A program made the position numbers and the translations under genes. A stretch of 64,000 nucleotides of DNA, from positions 101,186,001 to 101,250,000 of the forward strand of contig NC_087437.1 in assembly GCF_036321535.1 (NCBI RefSeq), given 5' to 3'. The stretch is from Camelus dromedarius. Lineage: Eukaryota. Positions within the stretch are counted from its first letter, which is position 1; each line of letters starts with the position of its first letter. The notes beneath the pieces are model-generated. The model was not told the origin of the DNA. It saw only the letters and a list, made by a program, of their open reading frames with translations, and did not search any database. Positions 62,681-64,000 of the stretch are shown here, in pieces.

Positions 62681-64000
62681 CAGATCTTTAAACCCTTGTT
62701 GAATTATTTCAACTGCCCCACATAGCTTCAAATAATCCAAAGAACAAATATAACTCATGTTTGCTGATTGATTGGATGCTACCTCCATGATGTTATAAAT
62801 TTTTCTGCCCTGTTGGGAGTGCAGTGCTCTTAAATACACATATATTTTGAGAAAGAAGCTATTTTTTTATACCTACTCCTTCCTAAAGAAGAGGAGAAAA
62901 TGGCACTATTTATAGGAAGATAAAGAAAGAGAACACTTTATGAAGGCATATGTTTTAAATTAGATGAAGACATAAATCTGTTGCTGAAATTACCTGCAAA
63001 TATATGGACTAAACTATATAGCTCAAGACAATACAACACAAATCAGGTAGAAAATTATTCGCCTATAAATCTTAATCTCCTACGATTTTATTTTCTCTCA
63101 TCTATTTGCTATGTGGCACTCCTGAATTTTCGGTGCTAGGTCTATTACTTGGAAATAGGCTTGCCTAATAAAACTGACATTTCTAAAGGGCTGTTTTCAT
63201 AGAATCATGTTCCTGCTTCTGAGATCTCTAATTCAACACCATTGACATAGCCTCAATTCTTTGCAGGGTACAATATCAGGAACAAAGGGAGAAATAAAAA
63301 TAAAAAGAAGAGAAGACATGAGAGTAGGGATAAACTCTTAAAGCTGTTTTATGCCTCATAATTCAAAAAGTTAAGAAGTTCTCTTATATCGAAGCCAGAT
63401 TTCTCCATTTTCACACTATTGCTGGTTCTCTATCAGCGACAGGCAAAATCAGGCAGACTTTTAAATTATTTTTGGATAAGTTCTCCTCTTTAACAAAATC
63501 TTGCTAACTTTTTTTTTCAACTCCAGGTTTTATCTCAAATAATGGATTGATTATATACTAGATACACTCAGTTTTCATGGAAGTAGTGAAAATGCAATAT
63601 TTCCAGTCTAAAAGCATTGCATAAAATAGTAATAATGACTCATCTGAAAGCATCTCTTAGTCAACTCTTATGAAATTCACACTAGCCAAATTATTCTATT
63701 TCATTCAATTATATCATTTCAGTATTTCCAGTGGAAGGCAGAATTTCAGCCAAGCTGTGGCGAGATACTTCATCTTAATGAAAAACATCATCTTTTCAAA
63801 AGGCTGCCTGTGTGTGATGACATCTTGACCTTTAGGCATTCCATACATTATACTTCAAGCATCCCAGTCAAATGTGTTCTTTAAATAATTCTATATTTTA
63901 ATCTTTTACACCAGCTCTATCTCAGTTTCAGGAAAGATAATTTGCCTTTATTAAATAATTTTAGATGCCACAAACTTTCACTCTCACTGTTAAGACATAT

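Overview
AT-rich, CpG-depleted mammalian non-coding DNA (intergenic, or one large intron). No known protein-coding gene, structural RNA gene or prokaryote-type system could be recognised. The window is largely a mosaic of old eutherian repeats (L2, MIR, L1M, MLT1/MLT2/MER21/LTR33 LTRs, MER8/20/33/53/94 DNA transposons). It also carries younger insertions: four tRNA-Ala-derived SINEs and three L1 3' ends of cetartiodactyl type, most with readable target-site duplications (TSDs). The SINE type and the apparent absence of BovB/Bov-tA/PRE-1 suggest a camelid genome (inference). The best non-repeat signal is a CpG-enriched segment at ~42.4-43.1 kb that looks like a minus-strand promoter plus first exon. 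It has ETS, FOX and C/EBP-ATF motifs, a 71-codon Kozak-flanked ORF and an AGG|GTGAGT donor. A well-formed non-coding minus-strand exon candidate lies 27 kb downstream at 15.2-15.4 kb, and enhancer-like islands sit at ~16.6-17.0 kb and ~53.2-54.2 kb. Repeat family names come from recalled consensus sequences, not a database search, and boundaries without TSDs are approximate.
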